From Pseudomonadota bacterium (GTDB lineage: Bacteria > Chloroflexota > UBA6077 > JAJPGT01), in contig JAJPGT010000043.1 in assembly GCA_021325655.1 (NCBI GenBank), positions 207,959 through 271,958 of the forward strand: DNA of 64,000 bases. The letters are read 5' to 3'. Positions within the stretch are counted from its first letter, which is position 1. Each line of letters begins with the position of its first letter. Under the pieces are notes generated by a model. That model did no database searches and had not been told where the DNA came from. It saw only the letters and a program-made list of their open reading frames with translations. Shown here piece by piece: positions 54,648 through 64,000 of the stretch. Position numbers and translations under genes: made by a program.

Positions 54648-55498
54648 CAGTCGACGACCCGGATCTTCACTTCGACCGAGGTGCCAAGGGTGAGATGCGG
54701 ATCAGGGTGGTCGAACGCGATCTTCACCGGCACGAGTTGCGTCTGCTTGGTGAAGTTGCCAGAGACGTTCTGGGTGGGCAGGAGCGAGAAGGTCGCCGCG
54801 CTTGCCTGGCGCACCGCGACCACGTGGCCCGGCAGGTCGGCATTGAGCGCATCCACGTGGATAGTCACGGGCTGGCCCGGGCGCACCAGGCGGATGTACG
54901 TCTCTTCGATGTTCGCGTTCACCCAGAGCTGCTGCGGATCCACCACGGTGAGCAGCGACTGCCCGGCCGGCACCGTGTCGCCGGGATTGGCGTTTCGGGC
55001 GACAACCACGCCACTGATCGGCGACTTCACCTCGACCTCGCTATCCTGCGTGTTGGTGAACTCCAGCCGCGGCGTCCCGCTGCTGGTTGTCCCCACCGGC
55101 ACCGGCACCTGGAGCGTCGCCACTACCTCGTTCTGCTCGACGTGTGCCCCCACGTCGTACTGCACGCTGGCGACACGCCCGGCTTCCAGCCCACCTACCT
55201 GGACCAGGTAACCGGCGATCATCGCGTTGTCGGTACTGACGTAGTGGACACTGTCGTACCACCAGCGATAGCCGACGATGCCGCCCGCGCCGAGCGCGAT
55301 GACGGCCAGAACCGCCAGCGCCAGCAGCCGCGCCCAGCGCGTCCGCCCGCGCGCCGCCTTGGGCGGCACCGCGCCATGCGCCGCGCCAGCGCCGTTGGGT
55401 TCCGGCGGCGCGCCCGTTCGGGGTACGCCAGCCGGAGGCCCTTCTGGCCGCGGCGCTACCGGCGCGGGCGCTCCATGAGTCTGCCTCTGCTCCGCCAT
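54647..55498 (-). CDS. HlyD/EmrA-family membrane fusion protein
   Basis: Single N-terminal TM then biotinyl-lipoyl-like and beta-barrel segments (VVARNANPGDTVPAGQSLLTVV). TGATG overlap with the MFS gene. Confidence 0.85.
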   Translation of the reverse strand: MAEQRQTHGAPAPVAPRPEGPPAGVPRTGAPPEPNGAGAAHGAVPPKAARGRTRWARLLALAVLAVIALGAGGIVGYRWWYDSVHYVSTDNAMIAGYLVQVGGLEAGRVASVQYDVGAHVEQNEVVATLQVPVPVGTTSSGTPRLEFTNTQDSEVEVKSPISGVVVARNANPGDTVPAGQSLLTVVDPQQLWVNANIEETYIRLVRPGQPVTIHVDALNADLPGHVVAVRQASAATFSLLPTQNVSGNFTKQTQLVPVKIAFDHPDPHLTLGTSVEVKIRVVD

Positions 55499-55619
55499 GT
55501 CAGCCCGTCTCCCTCAGCGTTTTGCCAGCCAGCCCAGTCGCGAGAACAGACCACGCTGCGCAATCCGGTCACGAGCATGTACTTATCCAAACACGCCGCT
55601 CCGCAGGAAACATTCCCGT

Positions 55620-56111
55620 TCACCGGTGCAGTCCGCAAATCCGGCACAGCAGCGTCCGCAACGCCACGCGCTCCTCAGGCGAGAGCGGTGCCAGGAGCTG
55701 CTCCTCCGCCTCGTTGACCACGGCGCAGGCCTCAGCGAGCCGCTCCTCGCCATACCGGGTGAGCTGCACCCGATAGGCGCGGCGATCAGCCGGATCGTCC
55801 TGCCGCTCGGCCAGACCGAGCCGCTCCAGGTCATCGACGACCGAGACCATCGTGGTCCGGTCGATCCGCAGCCGCTCGCAGAGTGCGTGCTGCGAGTGCG
55901 GCCCCTCCGCGGCGAGCACGCGCATCACCCCCACATGGCGCGGACGCAGCCCGAGCGGCTCCAGCCGCTCCTCGACCCGATCGTGGACCCGCTGCGCCGC
56001 CTTGTGGAGCAGAAAGCCGGTCCAGACGGTGAGCGACTCCGGCAGCTCCACCCCCGGCGCGGCCAGGGCCCGACCACTCACGCACGGGCGCCCGCTCTCA
56101 GCCCGCGCCAT
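55620..56111 (-). CDS. MarR-family transcriptional regulator
   Basis: wHTH pattern (LCERLRIDRTTMVSVVDDLERLGLAERQDDPADRRA). First gene of the marR-emrA-emrB-like operon. Confidence 0.88.
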   Translation of the reverse strand: MARAESGRPCVSGRALAAPGVELPESLTVWTGFLLHKAAQRVHDRVEERLEPLGLRPRHVGVMRVLAAEGPHSQHALCERLRIDRTTMVSVVDDLERLGLAERQDDPADRRAYRVQLTRYGEERLAEACAVVNEAEEQLLAPLSPEERVALRTLLCRICGLHR

Positions 56112-56269
56112 CAGCGCTCCCCCTCACCGCGCCGCGGAAGATCCGCGGCGCTCCACGCCGCAGCGCCGCCCCGCGGTTCCCCACTCGCTCGGCCGCCCGC
56201 GCGATTCGTCTGCCGCCCGGCATCCTGCTCCAATCGTCAGTTCTAGTGATGATCAGTATCCATGATTTC

Positions 56270-57235
56270 CTAAGATTGCGCAAGCGGGGCGCCGCTCGCC
56301 GCGCGCGCCAGGCTGCCGGCAGCCTGGCGCCGTCCCTCCCGCTGGATCAACCAGATCGCAGCCAGGATCAGCGCCGCGCCCACCAGCCGCGCCGGACCGA
56401 GCGATTCTCCAAACAGCAAGGCGCCGAGCGTGACCGAGACGACGACTTCCAGCATCGAGCCGACCGCGGCGACCGAGGCGCCGACGCGGCGCATTCCGGC
56501 GAAGAGCGCGGTCATGCCAACGACGTTGCCAAGCAGCGCCACCGCCGCGATTCCGAGCGACGCTTGTGCCGACAGCCGCAGGTCCAGCCCGCCGAAGAGC
56601 GCCGCCACCACCAGCAGTGAGAACGCGGTGCCGGCTTGCAGGTGAGCGGCGGCAACCAGCGGGTTCACCCTGACCAGCAGCCGGTCACCGATCAGGACGT
56701 AGGAGGCGGCGCCGAGCGCGGAGAGTGCGGCGAAGCCGACCCCAGCCAGGTCGAACCGCTCCTCGCCCAGGCTGCCGACGACCAGCGCGCAGCCGGCCAG
56801 TGCCGCCAGCACCGCCAGCGCTCGGCCGCGCGTGAGCGGCTCGCGGCCGCTGAGGGCTAGCACCGCCACAACCAGCGCCGGGTAGGTGTAAAGCAGCAGC
56901 ACCGTGGCGCCGACCGAGAGCGTTCGCAGCGCGGCGTTGAAGCCGAACACGCCGACAGCGTGCGGGATCGCCCCGAGCAGCACAAACCCCAGCGCGTGGC
57001 TGCCGGGCAGCCGCATCCGCAGTCCGGCCAGCGGCAGCGCCAGCCAGAGCAGCGCCGCCGCGACCGTGTACCGTATCAGCAGGATGGTCAGGATCGTCGC
57101 GCCGCCCTCGACGGCGTACTTGCTCCCGATTCCGATCGAGCCGAACGCAACCCCGCCAAGCGCAATCAATGCCAGCCCGCGGCCGTACGCCCCCGCGCGC
57201 CCCCGCCCTCCGCCTGCCTGCACCGCCTCCCTCAC
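56270..57235 (-). CDS. DMT-superfamily (EamA) transporter
   Basis: 10 TM helices arranged as two EamA-like repeats. Confidence 0.8.
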   Translation of the reverse strand: MREAVQAGGGRGRAGAYGRGLALIALGGVAFGSIGIGSKYAVEGGATILTILLIRYTVAAALLWLALPLAGLRMRLPGSHALGFVLLGAIPHAVGVFGFNAALRTLSVGATVLLLYTYPALVVAVLALSGREPLTRGRALAVLAALAGCALVVGSLGEERFDLAGVGFAALSALGAASYVLIGDRLLVRVNPLVAAAHLQAGTAFSLLVVAALFGGLDLRLSAQASLGIAAVALLGNVVGMTALFAGMRRVGASVAAVGSMLEVVVSVTLGALLFGESLGPARLVGAALILAAIWLIQREGRRQAAGSLARAASGAPLAQS

Positions 57236-57354
57236 CCTTCACCTCACGCGCCGAGATGGTACCCTGTTGCGCCTCCCGACCGGGGACAGGCGGTTGCCAC
57301 GGGCCTCTCTCTGGCACCCCGACCGCCCTTCCCCTCAGGTATACTTGGGTGCTC

Positions 57355-57366
57355 AAACAGGTGTTC
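57355..57366. promoter_or_regulatory. Imperfect LexA-type box, AAACAGGTGTTC, upstream of uvrB
   Basis: One mismatch to GAAC-N4-GTTC. It lies between a TATACT (57340-57345) and the uvrB ATG (57375). Confidence 0.4.
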
Positions 57367-57374
57367 TATTCGCG

Positions 57375-59402
57375 ATGGCCCCCTTCCAGCTCGTCAGCGA
57401 CTTCCTCCCTACTGGCGATCAGCCTCAGGCGATCCGCGCCCTGGTCGACGGGATCGAGCGCGGCGACCGGATGCAGACGCTGCTCGGCGTGACCGGCTCC
57501 GGCAAGACGTTCACCATGGCGAATGTGATCGCCGAGGTGAACCGGCCGACGCTGGTGATGGCGCACAACAAGACGCTCGCCGCCCAGCTCTGCGCCGAAT
57601 TCAAGGAGTTTTTCCCCCACAACGCGGTCGAGTATTTCGTCTCCTACTACGACTACTACCAGCCCGAGGCGTATGTGCCGCGCACGGACACGTTCATCGA
57701 GAAGGACATGCTGATGAACGAGGACATCGACCGCCTGCGCCACTCCGCAATGCAGGCGGTGCTGACTCGGCGCGACGTGATCGTGGTCGCCTCGGTTTCC
57801 TGCATCTTCGGTCTGGGCGCCCCGGAGGAGTATGGCCAGGCGGTGATTACGCTGCGTCGCGGGGAGGTCCGCAAGCGGGACAAAGTGCTCCGCCACCTGA
57901 CCGACATCTACTACGAGCGCAACGACTACGACTTCGGTCGGGGCAAGTTTCGCGTCCGCGGCGACACCCTGGAGATCCACCCCGCGGGCCAGGAGATCGC
58001 GGTGCGGGTGGAGTTCTGGGGTGACGAGATCGAGCGCATCACCGAGGTGGACCCGCTGACCGGCGAGATCCTCGCCGAGCGCGAGGTGGTAGACATCTAC
58101 CCGGCCAAGTACTTCGTGACTACTCGCGACAAGCTGGAGGTCGCACTCCGCGACATCGAGGCCGAGCTGGAGGCGCGGGTGAAGGAGCTGGAGGCGCAGG
58201 GGAAGATCCTGGAGGCGGCCCGGCTCCGCCAGCGCACGCTGTACGATCTGGAGTCGCTGCGCGAGCTCGGCTTCTGCCCCGGCGTCGAGAACTACTCGAT
58301 GCACCTGCAACGGCGCACCTTCGGCAGCACTCCCTGGACGCTACTGGATTACTTCCCGGACGACTTCCTGCTGTTCATCGACGAGTCGCACATGTCGATC
58401 CCGCAGATCCGCGGGATGTACGGCGGCGACCACTCGCGCAAGGAGACGCTGGTCGAATACGGCTTCCGCCTCCCCTCGGCGATGGAGAACCGGCCGCTCC
58501 AATGGCACGAGTTCGAGCGGCACATCCATCAGGCGATCTTCGTCTCCGCCACCCCTGGGCCGTACGAGCTGGCCCACAGCCAGCAGGTGGTCGAGCAGCT
58601 CATCCGCCCCACCGGGCTGCTGGACCCGAGCATCGAGGTGAAGCCGACCCGGGGGCAGGTGGACGACCTGATCGGCGAGATCAATGCCCGGGTGCGCCGC
58701 GGCGAGCGGGCGCTGGTGACGACGCTCACCAAGCGGATGGCGGAGGACCTCGCGGACTACCTGCGCGAGATGGGGATCCGGGTCCACTATCTGCACTCCG
58801 AGGTGGACACGCTGGAGCGGATCGAGATCCTGCGCGACCTGCGCCTGGGCGTGTACGACGTGGTGGTGGGAATCAACCTGCTCCGCGAAGGGTTGGATCT
58901 TCCAGAAGTCTCGCTCGTGGCGATCCTCGACGCGGACAAGGAGGGCTACCTGCGCTCGGAGAGCGCGCTGATCCAGACTATTGGTCGGGCAGCGCGGCAC
59001 GTGGATGGCCACGTGATCATGTACGCCGACCGCGTCACCGACTCGATGCAGCGAGCGATCGACGAGACGTACCGCCGCCGGCGGGCACAGCAGGCGTACA
59101 ACGAGCAGCACGGGATCACCCCGGTCGGAATCCGCAAGGCGATCCGCGACATCTCTAACCGCTTCAAGCAGGTGGCGGAGGCGGCCGAGGAGTACACGGT
59201 CGGCCCGGCGACGATGCCGAAGGACGAGATCCACCGCCTGATTACCGACCTGGAGTTCCAGATGAAGCAGGCGGCGAAGGAGCTGGCGTTCGAGCGGGCG
59301 GCGCTGTATCGCGACCAGATCGTCGAACTACGCAAACTGCTGGTCGACGCGGAGGGAACCGAGGCCGCCATTCCCAGAGAATGGGTGCGGGCGAAGCGAT
59401 GA
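57375..59402 (+). CDS. uvrB: Excinuclease ABC subunit B
   Basis: GDQPQAI...GVTGSGKTF Walker A, helicase motifs, and a C-terminal UVR domain ([11 protein letters not shown]). ATG 57375. Confidence 0.97.
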   Translation: MAPFQLVSDFLPTGDQPQAIRALVDGIERGDRMQTLLGVTGSGKTFTMANVIAEVNRPTLVMAHNKTLAAQLCAEFKEFFPHNAVEYFVSYYDYYQPEAYVPRTDTFIEKDMLMNEDIDRLRHSAMQAVLTRRDVIVVASVSCIFGLGAPEEYGQAVITLRRGEVRKRDKVLRHLTDIYYERNDYDFGRGKFRVRGDTLEIHPAGQEIAVRVEFWGDEIERITEVDPLTGEILAEREVVDIYPAKYFVTTRDKLEVALRDIEAELEARVKELEAQGKILEAARLRQRTLYDLESLRELGFCPGVENYSMHLQRRTFGSTPWTLLDYFPDDFLLFIDESHMSIPQIRGMYGGDHSRKETLVEYGFRLPSAMENRPLQWHEFERHIHQAIFVSATPGPYELAHSQQVVEQLIRPTGLLDPSIEVKPTRGQVDDLIGEINARVRRGERALVTTLTKRMAEDLADYLREMGIRVHYLHSEVDTLERIEILRDLRLGVYDVVVGINLLREGLDLPEVSLVAILDADKEGYLRSESALIQTIGRAARHVDGHVIMYADRVTDSMQRAIDETYRRRRAQQAYNEQHGITPVGIRKAIRDISNRFKQVAEAAEEYTVGPATMPKDEIHRLITDLEFQMKQAAKELAFERAALYRDQIVELRKLLVDAEGTEAAIPREWVRAKR

Positions 59403-59522
59403 GGGCTGGGCCCCGGCTGGCGGCGCCTGGCGCCGCGCGGCGGCGATCGTGACGCGGTTGTGTCGCGCTCGTGCCCGGCCAGCCGGTAGCCTCCCCGTAG
59501 CGTGACGGGATCGCAATAGGCT

Positions 59523-62474
59523 ATGCCACTCGAGAGCATCGTCGTCCAGGGCGCTCGCCAGCACAACCTGAAGAACATCGACGTCGCCATCCCGCGCGAC
59601 AAGCTGGTGGTGATCACCGGCCTATCCGGCTCGGGTAAGTCGTCGCTCGCGTTCGACACCATCTACGCCGAGGGGCAGCGGCGTTATGTCGAGTCGCTGA
59701 GCGCCTACGCCCGCCAGTTCCTCGGCCAGATGGACAAGCCGGACGTGGATCTGATCACCGGGCTGTCTCCGGCGATCTCGATCGACCAGAAGGGCGCCAG
59801 CCACAACCCACGCTCGACGGTCGGCACCGTGACCGAGATCTACGACTACCTGCGGCTCCTGTACGCCCGGGTGGGCAAGCCGCACTGCCCGCGCTGCTTC
59901 CGCCCGGTCCAGCAGCAGACGGCGGAGCAGATCGTGGACGCGATCCTGGCGCTCCCGGCGGGCAGCCGCATCCTCCTGCTCGCCCCGCTCATCAGCGGCC
60001 GCAAGGGCGAGTACAAGGACGTGTTCGAGGACATCCGCAAGGCCGGCTTTGTTCGGGTGCGGGTGGATGGCGAGGTGCGCGACCTGAGCGAGGAGATCGA
60101 CCTCGAGAAGTACAAGAAGCACACCATCGAGGTCGTGGTGGACCGCCTGGTCGTCCCCGAGCGGACGCCGGGGGCCGGGCCAGATGCCGATACCAGCCGC
60201 GTCGCCGACTCGGTCGAGACAGCGCTGAAGCTGGGCAGCGGGAAGATGATCGCCGCGGTGGTCGGCGGCGAGGAGCACCTGTACTCCGAGCAGTTCGCCT
60301 GCGTCTACTGCAACATCAGCCTGGCCGAGCTTGAGCCGCGCTCGTTCTCGTTCAACAGCCCGCATGGCGCCTGCCCCACCTGTAGCGGGCTCGGGGCGCG
60401 GCTAGAGGTGGACCCGGAGCTGGTGATCGGCAACCCGAACCTGTCGCTGGCCGACGGGGCGATCGCCCCCTGGGGCAAGGCCGGCTGGAACGGCAACTCG
60501 TTTTACCGCCAACTGCTGGAGTCGCTCGCTCGCGAGCGCGGCTTCTCGATGCGCACGCCCTGGAAGGAGCTGCGCCCGGCGGATCGCCAGCTCATCCTGT
60601 ACGGGAGCGGGGACGAGCGGATCACCGTCCGCCACACTCCCAAGGGCGGCGGCCGGGCGCACGAGTACAAGATCAAGTTCGAGGGAGTGCTCCCCAACCT
60701 GGAGCGGCGCTACAAGGAGACGGAGTCCGACTGGATCCGGGCAGACATCGAGCGCTACATGTCCAGCCAGCCCTGCCCGGATTGCCAGGGAGCGCGGCTG
60801 AAGCCGGAGAGTCTGGCGGTCACGATCGCCGGCCGGCCGATCCACCACGTCACCGCGATGTCCATTGCCCGCGCCGCGGCGTTCTTCCGGGCGCTGGAGG
60901 CGCGCGTCCCCTTCGAGGAGCGAGCCAATGGCAAAGCGCCCAGCCGCTTCGCTGACGAGTACGGCCAGGTCCTCAGCGACCGCGAGTTCGCCATCGCTCG
61001 CCAGGTGCTCAAGGAGATCCGCGCCCGCCTCGGCTTTCTGGTCGACGTCGGCCTGGACTATCTAACGCTCGACCGAGCGACCGCGACGCTCTCCGGCGGC
61101 GAGGCGCAGCGGATCCGGCTGGCCACCCAGATCGGCTCCGGGCTGATGGGGGTGCTGTACATCCTGGACGAGCCGAGCATCGGGCTGCACCAGCGCGACA
61201 ACGCCCGGCTGATCCGCACTCTGATGCGGCTGCGCGACCTCGGCAACACCCTGCTCGTGGTCGAGCACGACGAGGAGACCATCCGCAGCGCCGACTGGAT
61301 CATCGACATCGGCCCGGGTGCGGGCGAGCATGGCGGCGAGGTGGTGGTCAGCGGAACGCTCGACGAAGTGATGGCCTGCGAGCGCTCGCTGACCGGCCAG
61401 TACCTCACCGGCAAGCTCCGCATTCCCGTGCCCGAGCGGCGCCGGCCCGGCAACGGCAAGTCGCTGCTGATCACCGGCGCCCGCGAGAACAACCTGAAGA
61501 ACATCGACGTGCGCATCCCCCTCGGGATGTTCGTCTGCGTCACCGGTGTCTCCGGCTCGGGCAAGAGCACCCTGGTGAGCGACATCCTGTACCGCTCGCT
61601 GGCGCAGGCGCTGAACCGGGCCAGGGAGCGGCCGGGCAAGCACGACCAGGTGCTCGGGCTGGAGTACCTGGACAAGGTGATCGAGATCGACCAGTCGCCG
61701 ATCGGCCGCACCCCGCGCTCCAACCCGGCCACGTACACCGGCCTGTTCACCCCGCTGCGGGAGCTGTTCGCGAACGTCCCCGAGGCGCGGCTACGGGGCT
61801 ATCAGCCCGGCCGCTTCTCGTTCAACGTCAAGGGTGGGCGCTGCGAGGCATGCGAGGGCGACGGCATCCTGAAGATCGAGATGCAGTTCCTGCCCGACGT
61901 CTACGTCCCCTGCGAGGTCTGCAAGGGCAAGCGCTACAACCGCGAGACGCTGGAGGTGCGCTATCGGGGCAAGACCATCGCCGATGTGCTGGAGATGACG
62001 GTGGACGAGGCGCTGGAGTTCTTCCAGAACATCCCGCCGATCAAGAACAAGCTCCAGACGCTGCACGACGTCGGGCTGGGCTACATCCACCTCGGCCAGC
62101 CCGCCACCACGCTGAGCGGCGGCGAGGCGCAGCGGGTCAAGCTGGCCGCCGAGCTCTCCCGGCGCGCCACCGGCCGAACGATCTATATCCTGGACGAGCC
62201 GACCACCGGCCTCCACTTCGCCGACGTCAGCCGGCTGCTGGACGTGCTCAACCGCCTGGTAGACGCCGGCAACACGGTGGTGGTGATCGAGCACAACCTG
62301 GACGTGATCAAGACGGCCGACTGGATCCTGGACCTCGGCCCCGAGGGCGGCGACGCCGGCGGGGAGCTAGTCGCCAGTGGCACCCCGGAGGAGGTGGCGG
62401 CAAACGCTGCCAGCTACACCGGCCAGTTCCTCCGCCACGCGCTCCGACAGGAGCTCACTGCCGCGCCAGCATAG
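59523..62474 (+). CDS. uvrA: Excinuclease ABC subunit A
   Basis: 983 aa with two ABC modules ([18 protein letters not shown]), zinc-finger cysteines and LSGGEAQR signatures. Confidence 0.98.
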   Translation: MPLESIVVQGARQHNLKNIDVAIPRDKLVVITGLSGSGKSSLAFDTIYAEGQRRYVESLSAYARQFLGQMDKPDVDLITGLSPAISIDQKGASHNPRSTVGTVTEIYDYLRLLYARVGKPHCPRCFRPVQQQTAEQIVDAILALPAGSRILLLAPLISGRKGEYKDVFEDIRKAGFVRVRVDGEVRDLSEEIDLEKYKKHTIEVVVDRLVVPERTPGAGPDADTSRVADSVETALKLGSGKMIAAVVGGEEHLYSEQFACVYCNISLAELEPRSFSFNSPHGACPTCSGLGARLEVDPELVIGNPNLSLADGAIAPWGKAGWNGNSFYRQLLESLARERGFSMRTPWKELRPADRQLILYGSGDERITVRHTPKGGGRAHEYKIKFEGVLPNLERRYKETESDWIRADIERYMSSQPCPDCQGARLKPESLAVTIAGRPIHHVTAMSIARAAAFFRALEARVPFEERANGKAPSRFADEYGQVLSDREFAIARQVLKEIRARLGFLVDVGLDYLTLDRATATLSGGEAQRIRLATQIGSGLMGVLYILDEPSIGLHQRDNARLIRTLMRLRDLGNTLLVVEHDEETIRSADWIIDIGPGAGEHGGEVVVSGTLDEVMACERSLTGQYLTGKLRIPVPERRRPGNGKSLLITGARENNLKNIDVRIPLGMFVCVTGVSGSGKSTLVSDILYRSLAQALNRARERPGKHDQVLGLEYLDKVIEIDQSPIGRTPRSNPATYTGLFTPLRELFANVPEARLRGYQPGRFSFNVKGGRCEACEGDGILKIEMQFLPDVYVPCEVCKGKRYNRETLEVRYRGKTIADVLEMTVDEALEFFQNIPPIKNKLQTLHDVGLGYIHLGQPATTLSGGEAQRVKLAAELSRRATGRTIYILDEPTTGLHFADVSRLLDVLNRLVDAGNTVVVIEHNLDVIKTADWILDLGPEGGDAGGELVASGTPEEVAANAASYTGQFLRHALRQELTAAPA

Positions 62475-62536
62475 CCCTCGCCCCGGCCACCTCCCCCGCG
62501 GCTCGTGGCCCCGGGAGACGAAGCGCCGCTTCGGGT

Positions 62537-63550
62537 TTACGCCGCGCCTTCGCCGGGCACCGGCGCTTCCGCGGGGATCAGCCGCTCAGCCCGCAACTCC
62601 TCCCACAGTGCCGCCGGGATCTCCCAACGGAACATCCGCGCGTTCTCCTCCACCTCCGCGACCGAGCGGGCGCCGGTGAGCACCGTGGCGACCGCCGGGT
62701 GGCCGGTGGGGAACTGGATCGCCGCCGCCTTCAGCGGCACGCCGTGGCGCGCGCAGACCGCCTCCAGCCGCTGCGCCCTGCTGAGGAGCTCGGGCGGTGC
62801 TGGGATGTAATTGTAGGTGGCGCCGGGGCGCGGGTTGGCCAGGATCCCGCTGTTGTAGACTCCGCCAATGATGACGGCGATGCGCTTCTGCAGGCACAAC
62901 GGCAGCAGTTCCGCCAGCGCCGGCTGGTCGAGCAGGGTGTAGCGACCGGCGACGAGAAAGCAGTCGAAGTCCGCCTCGCGGGCGAAGCGGGCGAGCATCT
63001 CCGCCTGGTTCATCCCGGCACCGACGGCCTTGATGACCCCCTCGCTCCGCAGCCGGTCCAGCGCTCGGTAGGCGCCGGCCAGCGCCTGCTCGTAGTACTC
63101 GTCGGGGTCGTGGATCAGCAGGATGTCGATCCGGTCGAGGCCGAGCCGTTGCAGGCTCTCCTCGAACGAGCGCAGCACCCCGTCGTAGCTGAAGTCGAAC
63201 ATCGGGTTCAGCGGTGGGGTGTTCTTGAAGAACGGCTCGCCCTGGTAGAACATCCCCGCTTCCGGGGGCGCATCCGGCCGCAGCAGTCGGCCCACCTTGG
63301 TGGACAGCACGTACTCGTCGCGCGGGTGCTGGGCGAGGTTGCGCCCCAGGCGCTGCTCGGCCAGTCCAGAGCCATAGAGCGGCGCAGTGTCGAAGAAGCG
63401 GACGCCCAGGGCGTAGGCGCGCTGGATGGTAGCGTCCGCCTCCGACTCTGGCACCGGCTGGAACAGGTTGCCGAGCGGAGCCGTGCCAAGCCCGAGCCGG
63501 GTCACGCTGAGTCCGGTCTTGCCGAATGGGACGCGATCAGCCGGATGCAT
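62537..63550 (-). CDS. Aldo/keto reductase
   Basis: AKR pattern (FFDTAPLYG, IHDPD...). 337 aa. Confidence 0.88.
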   Translation of the reverse strand: MHPADRVPFGKTGLSVTRLGLGTAPLGNLFQPVPESEADATIQRAYALGVRFFDTAPLYGSGLAEQRLGRNLAQHPRDEYVLSTKVGRLLRPDAPPEAGMFYQGEPFFKNTPPLNPMFDFSYDGVLRSFEESLQRLGLDRIDILLIHDPDEYYEQALAGAYRALDRLRSEGVIKAVGAGMNQAEMLARFAREADFDCFLVAGRYTLLDQPALAELLPLCLQKRIAVIIGGVYNSGILANPRPGATYNYIPAPPELLSRAQRLEAVCARHGVPLKAAAIQFPTGHPAVATVLTGARSVAEVEENARMFRWEIPAALWEELRAERLIPAEAPVPGEGAA

Positions 63551-63735
63551 GTCATACCTCCCGGGGAGCGAGCCACTGGCGCGCCGAGCCGCGAGCGCTC
63601 GGCCGCAAGCGGCGTGGCGCCATTGTAGCGAGCCAGGCTGCCCGGGGCGGCCAGCAGCGCGGTGGTCGAATGCGCCCCGCGGACCAGCCGTAGCGGCCCA
63701 TTTGGCCCTTCCCTGGTGGCGGCAGCAGGACGCTA

Positions 63736-64000
63736 GAGTGGCGCCGTGCTCAGCTCGCTCGCCACCGTCCGGGTTCGCCCGCTGCCCAGCCCGCGCGCCG
63801 TGGCGCTGCTGGCGCTGACCTGCGGCTCGCTGACGGTTGGCCTCGCCTCCTCGCTCCCGTCACCTCGGCGGCAGGCCGACCTCGGCGCCTTCCTGGTCGC
63901 CGGCCGCGCCGCGGCTCACGGGCTCAACCCCTACGGCGACTACCAGTCCATCCTGGGCCAGCCGCTCGACGGCACGGACGTTGCCCCCGTCAACCTGAAT
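63736..64000 (+). CDS. Membrane protein, possibly DUF2029/GT87-like glycosyltransferase (N-terminal fragment; continues beyond the window)
   Basis: Open frame from GTG 63736 to the window edge. TM helix then DLGAFLVAGRAAAHGLNPYG, which resembles the first loop of DUF2029 proteins. Confidence 0.45.

Noticed and set aside
56904-57374. 157-codon N-terminal extension of the uvrB ORF
   Set aside because: It is antisense to the DMT transporter gene. The canonical UvrB N-terminus starts at ATG 57375.

Overview
High-GC (roughly two-thirds G+C), almost fully coding bacterial chromosomal segment. All calls come from reading the six-frame translations and the DNA by eye; no searches were run. The protein sequences (GroEL, UvrA/B, PolA) and the many ArnT/PMT-like membrane glycosyltransferases look Chloroflexota/Thermomicrobia-like, but that placement is inference only. 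I support about 60 genes. Housekeeping genes include mutM, polA, rimI-tsaB-tsaE-thiL, tsaD, groES-groEL, birA, rdgB, pcm, dtd, miaB and uvrB-uvrA. Transport genes are a ClC channel, an APC permease, a marR-emrA-emrB-like efflux operon, a DMT transporter and an MscS-family channel. There are also envelope glycosyltransferases and hydrolases, one tRNA-Pro(UGG), and about a dozen orphan ORFs. I saw no rRNA, CRISPR array, transposase, integrase or obvious prophage. Regulatory DNA includes a perfect CIRCE operator before groES. It also includes two perfect AGAAC-N4-GTTCT (LexA/Cheo-type) palindromes in promoters, plus two one-mismatch copies, one directly before uvrB. The best candidates for something undescribed are: (1) a LexA-box-controlled chromosomal Rad52/DdrA-like annealing protein with an added zinc ribbon, followed by two overlapping orphan genes; (2) an orphan 112-aa gene with a perfect SOS box abutting its RBS; (3) a tight cluster of a His-rich membrane protein, a serine-palmitoyltransferase-like alpha-oxoamine synthase (frameshifted here), a GT28 glycolipid synthase, an SDR reductase and an FAD-linked oxidase, which looks like a non-glycerol (sphingoid or long-chain diol) glycolipid pathway; (4) a ComB-family phosphatase translationally coupled to an ArnT-like transferase. 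Three genes carry single-site lesions (two 1-nt frameshifts and one in-frame TAG) that need read-level verification. Many long alternative-frame or antisense ORFs in the track are GC-driven artefacts and were rejected.
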